DNA from: Chara braunii
Lineage: Eukaryota > Plantae > Charophyceae
Assembly: GCA_003427395.1 (NCBI GenBank)
Contig: BFEA01000034.1
Location: 2,200,875-2,264,874, forward strand
Reading direction: 5' to 3'
Length of the DNA stretch: 64,000 bases
Made by a program: the position numbers and the translations under genes. Under the pieces are notes generated by a model that did no database searches, was not told where the DNA came from, and saw only the letters and a program-made list of their open reading frames with translations. The stretch's first letter is position 1. Every line of letters begins with the position of its first letter. Shown here one piece after another: positions 36,298-48,557 of the stretch.

Positions 36298-39200
36298 CTA
36301 TCCAAGCTTTCGTATCGTAGCTGAGTTTACCTCTTCTCTAACTCGGAACTTCTTCAGTCTAGATCCTTAGACCCAGTCCTTCCTTGGAGCCCCATTCATC
36401 TCTTCTAGCTCATATGCCCCATGAAGTCCATGCTTCCTGACTTTGAATGGTCCCAACCACCGTTTGTCCATTTTCCGCGACCACTGCATTTCCAGAGAGG
36501 AATCGTAGAGTAGTACTGTCTCGCCAACTTGTAGAGGTTCGAGTCTTACTCTAGGTAGCTTGTCCTACCTTTCCTTATCCTTTTCCCTGCTGTCTGCAAC
36601 GTTCATGGCCGCTTCCTGCACCCTTTCTTCAGTGGCGCTGATCTGCCTTGCCCTTAGATCTAGCAGTTCCTCCAAAGTCAAGTCATTCTCCAGGTCCTGC
36701 CTGCGCCAAGTTTTCAGGAAACTTTCAATAGGAAATGTGGCGTGACGCCCATACCAGAGTGTCGCAGGTGCATACCCGGTCGTTCTCTTTACATTGATGT
36801 TCTCCACAAAGAACACTATTCTTAGGAACTTTGGCCAGAGGTTCGGCTTCCCACTGGTCCATTTGGCCAATAAGTTAGTAATTGTACTACGGCCTCTCTC
36901 GACCGGTGCATTCGCTTGTGGATGAACCTAAGTCGTATAGTTACCTATGACCCCCAGTTCCTTGAGCAGTTCCTTCACTTCCCCACACGTGAACTCAGAC
37001 CCCCTGTCCATCGTGAATTCCAATACGAACGGATATATGAGATAATACTCTTTAATGCAATCTGCCAGCGTTGCCCTGGTCTTATTCCTGATCGCCTGTC
37101 ATCAATGAATCCAGTAAGGTTGTCCCTTGCGTCGAATATATAGTTATATCCTCCAAGACCTAGAGGCATAGCCAGTAGGTCCAGGTGAACAACCGCCCCT
37201 ACTTCCTTGATATGTCTAGGATGCAGAGGTTCCTTGTACCTGATAGGCGATCGTATTTGACAAGGCACACATGACTCACAGTACCTTCGTGTCATCTCAA
37301 ACATTCTTTCCCAATAGTAGAGCTCCATCGCCTTCTTGTAAGTATTCGCGAAGCTCCGATGTCCCCCGACTATCCCATCATGCAACGCAGCTACTACGTC
37401 AATCTGGCGATTCCTCCCACATACGACATGTCGCGGCGGCCTCCTTTTATCCCTTGAGAACAAGTGGCCACCTCTTACCACATAGTGGTCTCTCATCCTG
37501 AGAGTCTTTTAACTCACTTCTCTCTCTCTTTTATCTCCTGAGAGGAGCAACCCCATTCCTAAATAGAATCCTTCATACTCCTCTTCCCTGAATTCCTCTG
37601 AAATCTCCTCTTGTTCAAACTCTCCTTCCTTCTCTTCATCGAACTCGTAATCATCCCCAATAACTATTTCATCGACCTTCACTATTCCTCTTTCATCATT
37701 CGCTTGGACTTACAACAACGAATTTGTCAGGTAGTACATTGTTCCCATCATGGTTACCTGCTCGTATGCCTGTTGGACTCCTGCTTCGATCGTTAATGAC
37801 TCATCCATTATCCTATAATTTTCTGCTAGAGCGAACTCCATCATCCACTCCGTATTTCTTTCTCCCCAAGAGTCCTCTTCCTCTAATGGTGTGAGTATCA
37901 ACGAAGGCTCTCTCATAAATTTTTGCGGTGGATGCCACATTGAATTTTATCTCCTCATCTCCTTACTTTCGACAAACATGAACCAACAGTTCACATGAGT
38001 TCGCATATCTTCTCCTTCCTCCAAAAATCCGTCTACCGGAGGCGTCTCTTCATTAGATTCTCCCTGGTTTCCCCACTCAAATCTGCTCATGCCATCCGCC
38101 CTGTTCTTGTTCTTAGGGATCCGTTCTAATTGAAAGTCGAACATCCAGATATAGGTGAGTCATCTGGGTATGGTCGGATCCGAGGGCGAGAAGTTCTTGA
38201 GCGAGTACACAAGCGCCGTTGGATTGATCCTGAGTACAAACCTCCTTCCAAAGAGGTAATGCCTAACGATTCTTAGGCAATGCAGGACCGCCAAGGCTTC
38301 TCTTTTAATCTACGAGTAGTTTCTTTCTGCCGAGTTGAGTGTCCGACTTTCAAACCTCAGCGGGCTCTCCTTTCCTTCACTGTCTGCCTGAATCAAGACG
38401 CCTCCCAGGGCGGTTGGTCCAACGTCAGTTTCAACTATGAAGGGTCTTTCCATAGTCGCATCAAAGTCTGGTACCCCTAGTACCAGACCTCCTTCTCTGA
38501 ATTCCTTCTTCAATCCTTCCACCACTTCTTCTTGATGGTTTCTCCATTCCCATTCTTGATCCTTTCATACCAATTTCCTTAGGTGCTCTGTTTTGCTAGC
38601 AAATCTTTCTATGAATCTCCTCCAGAACCCACAGGTACCAAGGAAACTTCGAACTTCACCCACATTTATGAAAGGAGTGGGTCATTCTAGGATTTTATTG
38701 GTCTTCTTCTTATCAGGGCGCCGACCATGCTTGTTGCAAATATATCCTAGAATGGTCACCTCCTTCACGCAATGTCTTGACTTCACACCACTGGCTGTGA
38801 GGTTGTACTCTTCTAGTAATGTTAGGACTTCTCTCAGCCCTTGAACATGCTCCCATATAAACCTCCTTACCCCCGGAGCCACCTCTGACTCATCCTTCTC
38901 AATCGGACCCTTAACTGCAAGATCATCTATGTATGGCTCGGTGATCTGAGGGCTGATTGGTTGCATAACCCTGATCATGCTTCGTTGCACCATGGCCACA
39001 ACATTGGTCCATCCTTGCGGCGCAACATTCATATGGACCAACCCCCTTGGCGTGTGCATCGCAGTGATGGAACAGTTTGTCGGATAGACCGAAAACTGAT
39101 CATATCCAGAGTAGAGGTCGATGAGTGAGACAATCGACCTCCCTGCACAAGCTTCTGACAACTGGTCAGCATTGGGTAAACCTCCTGCATCCCTTACAAT

Positions 39201-40622
39201 TACCGCGTTCATTCGTTGGAGGTCTTGCACCCATCTGAGAATTTCATTTGGCTTTACAAAGCAGAACCATCGAGACGCGTACGGTCCACTGGAATATCCT
39301 GCAACATCCGTACGGATTTTTCCATCTAGGTACTCTACCACCCTTCTGCGATCCTCGGGGTTGGGGTACTTAGCTACTTGGACATTCCATGGTTCATGAG
39401 GCACCGTATGAATGCGGATCATTTCGATCTTGTCCACATCCAGCCTCCCACGTTGATCATCGTTGAAGGCATATGCCCTATGTTTCTCACGTATCAGTTC
39501 TTTCACCAAGTCCTCCTCTTGCCTTGTCAGAAACCCAGATTCCCCTATTATTAGTTTTTTCTCAGTCTCATCTTCGATACGACAAGGCCCATTCTGGATA
39601 CCTTCCCTCATTCGCTGTATCAGTTCTCTTTCCTGATCATAATACACCCCTTCTTTCTGACTCACTAGAACTGGCACAGGGTGACTCTTCTTGTCTACCG
39701 TTTTGTACCTCCTTTTGGAGCCCTGCTTGAGCCCATCCCTAAAAAATGATGACCGGCAGCTTGAGCATTTTGGCGCATGCGGCACTATTATCTGAGAAGA
39801 AGGAGGCGGTCGGTAAACGAGATCGACCCTCCCCCCTTCTGGATCGTCTTGAATCCTTTCTGCGAGTGCCCTGACTGCGTCCGGATCAGCCATCCTATAA
39901 GCCGATACCAGTTCCACTGCATCACTGATGTTAGTTAGGCTTAGTACAAACCCTTTAGCTTCCTCATCATCTGACTCTTCCTCTCCGTCTTCCTATTCTA
40001 GTTCTCTCCGCCTATTCTCAGACTCCTCGAATGTGTAGGATCCGACATTGAGTCTGTTCTTCGAGCTGTGTGGGCCGGTATTCCTACATGTGATCACCTT
40101 AAAGTTCCCACAGGCAGGATCGCACAGGATGACAAACATGGTGTCGTCGTGCTTGTTCATAATGAGCGACTCCGATCTGCACAGGAACGACCTTCCCAAT
40201 AATATTGGAAGGTCCAAGCTGGGCATGACGTAGAAACACGTACGTATTTTGACTCTTCCTATCTCTATCACCACATTCGACGCAACTCCCATGTACCCGG
40301 TCTTGCCGCTGGTTCCATTAAGAAATCCGCAGTCGTTTTCATCTACCTCCAGTCATGGTTTTACTGTCGTTTCTCCGTTTATAATATTCATTTCTGCCTC
40401 GGTGTCAACCATCCCAGGACACATCTTCCCCTTTATCATAACATCTATGGATCCTGTTCCCATGAACTTCAAGTCCATTTTGCTTCCTGCCACGCTCCAG
40501 TTTGCCTCTTTGGGAATCAGGTCCCCCATCCTGACCGAGGCCACTCTCCGGCGTGATAACCTCGCCTTCACCATTTCTCTTAACTTAGGAGCCGAAGCTA
40601 TAATTTCTTTCAGATTTAGCAA
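36298..40622 (-). pseudogene. pol: B pol: PR-RT-RH-INT (disrupted; RT core open over 411 aa)
   Basis: GMVDTEAEMNII/LPILLGRSFL; IDLYSGYDQF, APQGWTN, PYIDDLAVKG (38682-39917); FIVETDVG..GGVLIQ (38310-38525); LHDGIVGGH..CESCVPCQ and VHLDL (36975-37496); TTGYAPATLWYG (36565-36870). Confidence 0.95.
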
Positions 40623-42909
40623 TTCATTGTGACCTTCTAGTGGCTTATTTACCAGACCTTCCAGGTTTACCCCTTCTTCGATTGACGTCTGATACTTTCT
40701 CTTTTTACCTGGCGCTTCGTCTTTTCTGGTCCTTTCTTCTTTAACTTCACCTTTCCTTCTCTTAACCCCGATTTCCGCCTGCCTCTCTTATTCCTCCCTA
40801 ATCTTCTCATCTTCATCTTCGTCACCCTCTACCATGATAGGTGGTTCTTCCTTTGCAGGCTGGGAAGTCTGGGCTTGCTCCTTTGGAGGATTCCCTCTTG
40901 CGGGTCTTCTTGTAGCGAACGGAATCGTTCCTCTTACGCTTCTTTGTCCCCCACTGTTCTTTGCGGCCATGTTGGCCCTCAACGTTCTTGGGTTGGGCTC
41001 ATTTGGCCCATCTCCCGATCTTCCACGTCCCATGGTAAATACTTTCGGGCATCCTACCCGTTCTTTCCTGGCTTCTTCACATATCCCTTGAAGCCTCAGA
41101 TGTAGTCTATGCATTTTGTTTACTAAGTATTTCATCCTATCAAACGTCTCCCTGAAGCCAACCCTAACGTCTTCCTCCTCCGCTTCTTCTTCTACAAGTG
41201 GCACATCTTCCTCGCCCTCTCCAATCCCCATTCTACTCACGTTTTTTTCCAAGTCAGTTATATCCTCTACTCATACCACTGGTCCTTCCTTTTCTTGCCA
41301 CATTCTGAACATTCCCGGGGCGTTGGGACCTAGTGCAGCTATGCGAAGGGCCTTTTCTCTAGTGCCTCCCGGACTCTCAGGATCGATCGCCCTTCCTGTT
41401 CTGTCAAACACCTCGCCATCTGTGTTTGATGTTATGAGTCCATCTCGCTCGTCAAGTTTCCTAACGTGGCATCGCTTTACTGTGTGTCCCTTGATTCCAC
41501 AGTGGGTACAGATGCATTCGCTGTAGACTATCCATCCTCTGCCAAAACCCTGTCCGTTCCATGACCCATTTCCTCTACCAAAACCCCCTTCATAGCCTTG
41601 GTCGTAACCACGACCATACCCCTGCTGGTATTCTTGCCCTACCGGATTCGCACCCCCTTGGAGCTGTCCCCAATTTCCACCTTGATACCCACTTCCTCTA
41701 TTTCCTGCTCCTCGTTCCCCTGGTCCTTGATTCCTACCAACATTCCTACCTCTTCCACGTCCTTGTCCTTGTCCTTGTCCTTGGGATCTGTTCTGGTTTT
41801 GTCCTCCTTGGCGACTCGATCCTGGTTGGTTCTGTCCGGTTAGTTGGAGTTGCCCCGTGTTTTGGTCTCCTCTCAAATTCTGATTCTGAGGTAACATAGG
41901 ATACTGACCCTGCGTAGGCCAGGACCCTATTGGGAAGTACCCAGGCCATGCTCCCATCGGCGGACCCACGGGCCATTGACCACATCGAGCTGTGCTCGTT
42001 GACGGCTCCTGTCCATACTGGACTATCGCTTGTTGAGTTACTTGTCCTTTTCCTGACCCTTGTCCTCCGATAGCGATATTTTTAGCCTTCCTCTGACACT
42101 TGGTCAGTTTGCCCGTTCCTTCTGGTTCTCCATCTTCGGCCTCTTCCTCTGCATCTTCCTCTTCCTTTCTTCTTTTTCCTGATGGTTGTGTCAATGTTAA
42201 CACTTTCGATGGTGTCACTCTTTCCCTAAGCTTTTTTATCTCATTTGCCATATTGCTCAGCACTCCTCCTAGTACACTATTCGTTTCTTGGATCGTCCCT
42301 ACTGCCTTTCTTTTCTTTCGTTCGACCTTGATTTGGTGATGGAACACTTGGTCCATGTCTCCCGCCGCGATGTTCCTCTTTATGGTTTCCCAAGTTGTCT
42401 TTCTCCCGGCGGCTCCCCCTCGGGTTAGTTCCATCGCCTCATACCCTGAGAATTTCCTAGGAATATGACGCACTACATTTCTTTAGACAGCTCTAGGACC
42501 CTCTCGCCTGTCTTTTCGAACGTGCTGGCGAACGCCCTGATCGTGGTGAAGTCATCTTTGTTCATGTTATAGAGATGGTCAATCATGAGCAGGCCATCTC
42601 CTAGCTTAAACGTCTTCTGCATGCCCCTTTTAAACTCAGCCCAATCATTGTTGGACTTTCTCACTACCTCTTCCACGTCAGAGGTGCATTCCCACCATAC
42701 ATACTCGAACAACTGGGCGAACTTCTCGGCCGGTGTCAATTGGTTGAAGATTTGCTCAAGTAGTTCTAACCAATAAGTGACCCTATCCCCTTTGAAAGGG
42801 AATATGTCTATCCTCGGTAGTTAGATCTCTTTATCATTCTTTTCTCTAGTAACTTGACGATTTCCGCCGCGGTGATTGGCGGCCCTCCGTTGGCGCTGGC
42901 ATCGCCCAT
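40623..42909 (-). pseudogene. gag: B gag with CCHC zinc knuckle (disrupted)
   Basis: Start MGDASANGGPPITAAEI at 42909; ORFs 42473-42739, 41271-42473 (CTHCGIKGHTVKRC) and 40788-41252. Confidence 0.88.
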
Positions 42910-43099
42910 CTTTTCCCCTTTCTTTTCTTGGTTCCTGCTAGACAGTAGACCCTGTTAAGACACACAAAACGACCATTGATCCACCCTCTTCGTCACTATC
43001 TTGACGTATCTTTTACTCTTGTCACTTGTTCCTACCCTATATGACTTTTCATACCCCTTTTCTCTCAACCGAGTATCTCCTCTAGGAGCACCCAGTCCT

Positions 43100-43844
43100 C
43101 GTGCGAAAAACTTAGAACCATACCAAATAAATAAGGGATTTCATATATAAATTATTCAATACATGCCTCCCGGCAAAGATGGCGCCAGTAGGTCAAGAGA
43201 TCTTCCAAACGATAGATGCGTAGATACGTGTTTCCCACGCATAGTACATTATAGAAATCCCTATCCTTTAGTTTCGGTCTCATTTCTAAGTATAGACGGT
43301 AAACAACTTCCGGTGCCTCGAATTCGAAGCCCATCTCTGGAACAGATCAGGATGCGAGTACTGTCCGTTCTATATTCTCAATCCCCCAAAATGCTTCATC
43401 AATTATGAAGCTCGGAAGCGTGGTTTTAATGTACCTTATTGGATACACGAACTCAGCGACCCACTTCGCTTCGATTGACTTTATAACCTCTCCTTCTTCT
43501 CCCCAATACATCCTCTTTGAAAACACGTCAAGGGTCAATCCGGCTATCAATACGTACTTAGAGACGGGGCGGTTTTCTCCTATCGCAAGATCGATCGCGT
43601 GTGCTCTCCAAAGAAGGGCTGGTAGATAAAGGGTCACTTTCACTATTGCCTGCCTTTCCTTTGCGGTCCACCCAGTTTCTATCCAAAGGAAGGTTTCTTG
43701 TCCTATCGGTATCCCGCACCATGAATCCATTTCCTCATCCACATCTATTGTCCTCTTCGACAGCGTCATTTTGACTCCTCCTTCCTTTGGATCTGGCAGG
43801 TTGATCAGGAAGCTCCGATCAGCGAACCACATTAAAGGAGCCAT
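43100..43844 (-). pseudogene. B ORF1b: unknown accessory ORF
   Basis: SWCGIPIGQETFLWIETGW..IEAKWVAEFVYPIRYIKTTLPSFII..EMRPKLKDRDF, homologous to A ORF1a/1b. Confidence 0.75.
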
Positions 43845-43927
43845 CTTGGTATACCTGTTACAACAGCCAAAGAAAGGACCTTTCTCTTCTAAGTAACTGC
43901 TCGTTTTTTCCATTTCTTAACAATTTT

Positions 43928-44600
43928 TTATCTCAGTTTTCCTTGAGCACCCCTTCCTATTTGATCGAGGACTCCTTGCTTCAGTTCCTCCCAGTAGACA
44001 TGCCTATTTTCCCAATCGTACTGACGTGCATATGAGTCGACCCTTGATAGTATGTCTTGAGGATTCCTCCCTTCAATCAAATGCCCTATCTCTAGGTATA
44101 TGTAGTATACCAGCAGAGGGGTAGCCGCATGATATTCTCTTTTAGGTATCGCCATCGCGGCTTCCGCAGCCCTTTCCACTCGGGGTCTCCCTCCGAAGGC
44201 TGCATCTACGATGAACATGGGGAGGGTTCCTCTTAGATATGCTGTGGGCGGAAGAAATTCATCAGCCCTCCTTACCTTTACAGTTCCTATCATTCCTTCA
44301 AACCCATTCAAACTTGCATCTCTTCTCCTAGATTCGAGGGCGGATTCTGCTATCCATAATAGTATGGAAAAAAATCGATCAATTCCTAAGACTAAATTTA
44401 TTATGATAGTTTGCAATTTCTCCGAAGAACGATACAGGGTAACCCTTTCTACTGCGCGATTTTCGCCTCTAACCCATCCAAATCAAAGTTTGTTCTTCTA
44501 TAGAAATCCCCCAACAATACCCCGTCTCTTCATTCTCCTCATGACGACTTGGCAGGTTCATCATAAGGCCATGCCTCATTTGCACAGGCTCTCTGATCGT
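43928..44600 (-). pseudogene. B ORF1a: unknown accessory ORF (more diverged paralog)
   Basis: RADEFLPPTAYLRGTLPMFIVDAAFGG..VERAAEAAMAIP..ATPLLVYYIYLE..YWEELK matches the ORF1 family; 5' limit approximate. Confidence 0.65.
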
Positions 44601-44756
44601 GATTTGATATCGGGCAGAAACCATCTTATTTTCTTTGGTATACTCCAACTACTACACAACACAAACCAGCCCACATCCTTCCATCAGTCTTTCAACCCTA
44701 GGATGTGGCTAGTTTTTTCCTTTTTATTCCGCCACCTCCTTTGACACCTTTAACCC

Positions 44757-45254
44757 TTATATAATCTTCTTATACAATAAGTAAGATACTAACCCACAGA
44801 TATCTAACTGACACAATATAAACATTAGGAGTGATACGCATATCCTCCTATCAGGCGACGCAGACTGCGAAACCACAGGAGGATCAGGTACATGTGGTAC
44901 TTCGCGGGGTCCTTGTTGGTGAGGCGGGAGGAGGACGGTCAACTGCCTCTCTTGAGACAGAGGGTAGGGACTATGATGCGTGAGACCAAGCAGCTCGAAG
45001 CGTGGTGGAAATTCTCCGTAACGCCTCGCGTACCTATATGAATAATAACTCATTTCGTCAGGGTCTGGGGTATGCATGCGCCTCTTATCCCGATACCGTC
45101 TCGCCCTCAACCCTTCGTCCTTCTCTTCTAGCCCTTCCTCATCTTCTTTCCACTCCTCCCTTTCTCTAGTTAAGTCTACAGGCCTTTCAGGCGCCTTCCC
45201 CTGCCTGCCGCCTCTTCCTCTACTAGTTTCGGTCCCACGGCCCTTAGGTGCCAT
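44757..45254 (-). CDS. B ORF0, open 165 aa accessory ORF with C-terminal hydrophobic segment
   Basis: ATG-initiated ORF 220 bp after the PBS; homologous to A ORF0. Confidence 0.7.
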   Translation of the reverse strand: MAPKGRGTETSRGRGGRQGKAPERPVDLTREREEWKEDEEGLEEKDEGLRARRYRDKRRMHTPDPDEMSYYSYRYARRYGEFPPRFELLGLTHHSPYPLSQERQLTVLLPPHQQGPREVPHVPDPPVVSQSASPDRRICVSLLMFILCQLDICGLVSYLLYKKII

Positions 45255-45475
45255 ATTTACTTACTCTTAGTATAAGTAGGACAATTGTACTTATGTGTAA
45301 TTAGTCCCTATCTTACACACCTGATTTATTTGGACCAACTACCCGTCACTAAATATCCAAGTTACCGTACTCTACTTAGAATCTTAGACAAACCCCTGAT
45401 TTTTAGTGATTTTCGTTTTGTCAGGATCTTGCCTTACTCGAGTTCGCTCACTAAGGACCTCGGCTAGAAGCGAGA

Positions 45476-45493
45476 TCCCCTGCAACGGCGCCA
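45476..45493 (-). promoter_or_regulatory. PBS (tRNA-Asp) of element B
   Basis: Minus strand TGGCGCCGTTGCAGGGGA(TC), 2 nt after the LTR-terminal CA. Confidence 0.87.
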
Positions 45494-45495
45494 CC

Positions 45496-48400
45496 TGTCG
45501 CGCGCGGCGGTCCCACACCCTAGACGCAAAGTAAATTTTGTGTCGGACCTCACGGTCGTGTCACGAAGGAGTTTTCTTTTTGTCACTTTACGAAATACCA
45601 ACTCCGACCGTGTGCGCGTGCTACACCTACCGCGACTACCTACGACAGGTTAGGGTCCCTCGAGGTACAACATTACCTCCACCTGCGGGAGTTGTCACCA
45701 TCCCTTAGGTGGGCGTATCCCTGCTGAGCTACTGACCCACGTACGAAGGCTTTTACATGCAATCGCAGAGGTAGGCCAGCCGAGGGCGTTTTCTCGATCG
45801 TCGTAGCATAGGAATACGCGCGGTAGAACGCCTTAAGACTGACCCGTATGTCGTGCCCCGAGGCGCTAACTCCCCGGACCGACTATTAATCAGGTCGACT
45901 TTTCTAGGACATTCTTCCATGCTTAACTAACTATGACAATGACTCAATGTTTACTTTGCTCAACATGTGAGAATGTCAGGGTTGATCCCCTTCGTGGTCT
46001 CCTATTCTTCTCGAACAGAAGCCTAAACAAATGACTTTCCGATCCAGAACAACTACGATCCCATTCACAAGTATATGTATATATAAATGTATGTATATAA
46101 ATTAGGGGAGCTAACTGAGCGGTTGACCTCACTCTCACGATTGTCGTGTCCCTTTGCCCGAATTTCTCAGATGATCCCAAACTCAGGAGACAACACAAAC
46201 GTCCGACACCTGTGAAGATGCAAGACATCACATACAAGCATACAGATGCAGACACAGAATGCGCTATAAGCGTCAACCTTTAATCCATTCATAGCATGCC
46301 ACTCACGCCCCAAGCCCTTGAAAACAACATTCCTTCCTAACCCTGACTCCTTTTACCCCAGCCCCACACATTTTGAAGACTCCTGAGTGTGATTTGGACA
46401 GTTTAAGCATATATACAAGGAGAAGATTTATCTGTTCCTTCTTAGGTCTTGCCTTAGGTGTGGGTGTCAAGCCATAGTGGAACTTGAATCGGAGTTCTAC
46501 CGACCTGTTATCAAATGATAACAGAATTGGTGTTCTTACGGATGCCCCATAAGTTCTCCGAAGTGTCGAAACCTGTAGACACAACACAGTCCAAGAGAAA
46601 CTTAACATCTCTCTTCTTAACTGAGATCTAGGAAGTTTCTTTCTAGACTCTGTGTTTTTCTATCCGACTCTTATCCTTAACTAAACGTTTGGATTGTTGC
46701 CCTTCCGCTTCAGGTAGTAAATAATAATTCACCCCCCTTTTTACTAACAAAGTAATTCTCCATATTTCTTTCACTATCTCATTCCTATCCCTTTTGGGAT
46801 TATCCTGTCTGAGTTCCCTTCCTTCACCCAACACACATGAATACATCATCAATCCAACTTGTGGAAAGAATCTCAAGGAAAGAAATCAGACAAATGGATA
46901 GTCTCTCTCTGAGGCAATATCTCACTTATCCCCTCTCAATAGAATCAGAGATAGTTAGTTAGGACTAAACAATGCAGATCGTGGAGAAAGTTAGCGGTGG
47001 TATGGCAGATCATTCAGGATATATCCACTTGTTACTGAAACTTGTTTGACAAAGGCAAATCTTGTGGGTTTTGGCCCTTGTGAGCCAAAACACACTTAGT
47101 GGTAGGATTATCCTATGGCTAGTCACTGATAAGGCAGGTATCCCTGAAACCTCACTACTCTTATATCAGACTAGTCACTGATAAGGAAGAATTTCCCTGC
47201 TACTCTTATCACTGGGTAGCCCTTAATAAGGCGGGTGTCCAAGGATCCTTGCTATTCTTATCACTGACTAAGCGCTAGGATGTTTATTGATAAGACAGGT
47301 GTCCTTGAAACCTCACTACTCTTATATCATACTAGTCACTGATAAGGCAGGATTTCCCTGCTTCTCTTATCACTGGCTAGCCCTCAATAAGGCGGATGTC
47401 CAAGGATCCTTACTACTCTTACCACTGAATGAATGTTAGGTTGATGAATGATAAGGCAAGTGTCCTTGAAACCTCACTACTCTTATATCGGACTGGTCAC
47501 TGATAAGGCAGGATTTCTCTGCTTCTCTTATCAGTGGCTAACCCTCAATAAGGCGGGTGTCCAAGGATCCTTACTACTCTTACCACTGAAAAAAATATTG
47601 GATTGGTTAATGATAAGGCAGGTGTCCTTGAAACCTCACTACTCTTATATCAGACTAGTCACTGATAAGGCAGGATTTCCCTACTTCTCTTATCACTGGT
47701 TAGTCCTTAATAAGGCGGGTGTCCAAGGATCCTACTCTTACCACTGACCAAGTGTAAGGCTCATCGGAGTTAAGGCAGGCTTTCCCTGCTGTTCTTACCG
47801 ATGGATCAAGTTATCGCTTTCGATGGCATTCGAGCCCTGAATCGTTGAAAGTTTGAGGACTTATGCTGGAGTCAGATGCATAATGAGAAATGATTGGTGT
47901 GATCTATGACAATAGATTATAGCAAGCTCTAATCAGGTACCGATCATTGTTTAGATGAGGTATAGAGAAAATGATCATGAGAGGTTGATAGCTTGTATCC
48001 ACACCTCCAACCAATGCCCACACGACAAGATTGTTGTATCCAGAAACAATCAGTCTCTATTCAACTAACCTTTTCTCTATCCGCAATCCAAGATTTTTAA
48101 GAGTTATTGATTCTGAATCCCTAACTCTTATGATCATTGTCACGATGATAGCCTGTACGAGACAACATCTGGGTCAAAGTAACGTACCTCGTCATTCCCT
48201 GCCTCCAGAGTTCCGCCTGCACTCCGGCAGAGCTCCCGCAATTTTCCTGTTACATGGATCAAATATGGAACGGGAGTCCATTTGTGCATGAGTCCTGTTC
48301 TCAGTAAGCGATTTGAAAATACTATTTCACTCACGTTCCTTGAAGACGGTTGTGTGCTTATGTGGGGTTTAGGCATAGGAAAGCGAAGGAGGATAAAGTA

Positions 48401-48517
48401 TGTAAGAGCCGTCATACTTGTTGGCGCCCTTCCCTCGCTCTGTTGCCTCGCACCCCTGTCCGATTCTGATTCCTATTCTAGTATGTGGTCTCAAACGATA
48501 TAAATAATAATAATACC

Positions 48518-48557
<40 letters not shown>

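Noticed and set aside
45474-45493. tRNA gene
   Set aside because: Only the 18-20 nt 3' end including CCA is matched; this is a primer-binding site, not a cloverleaf.
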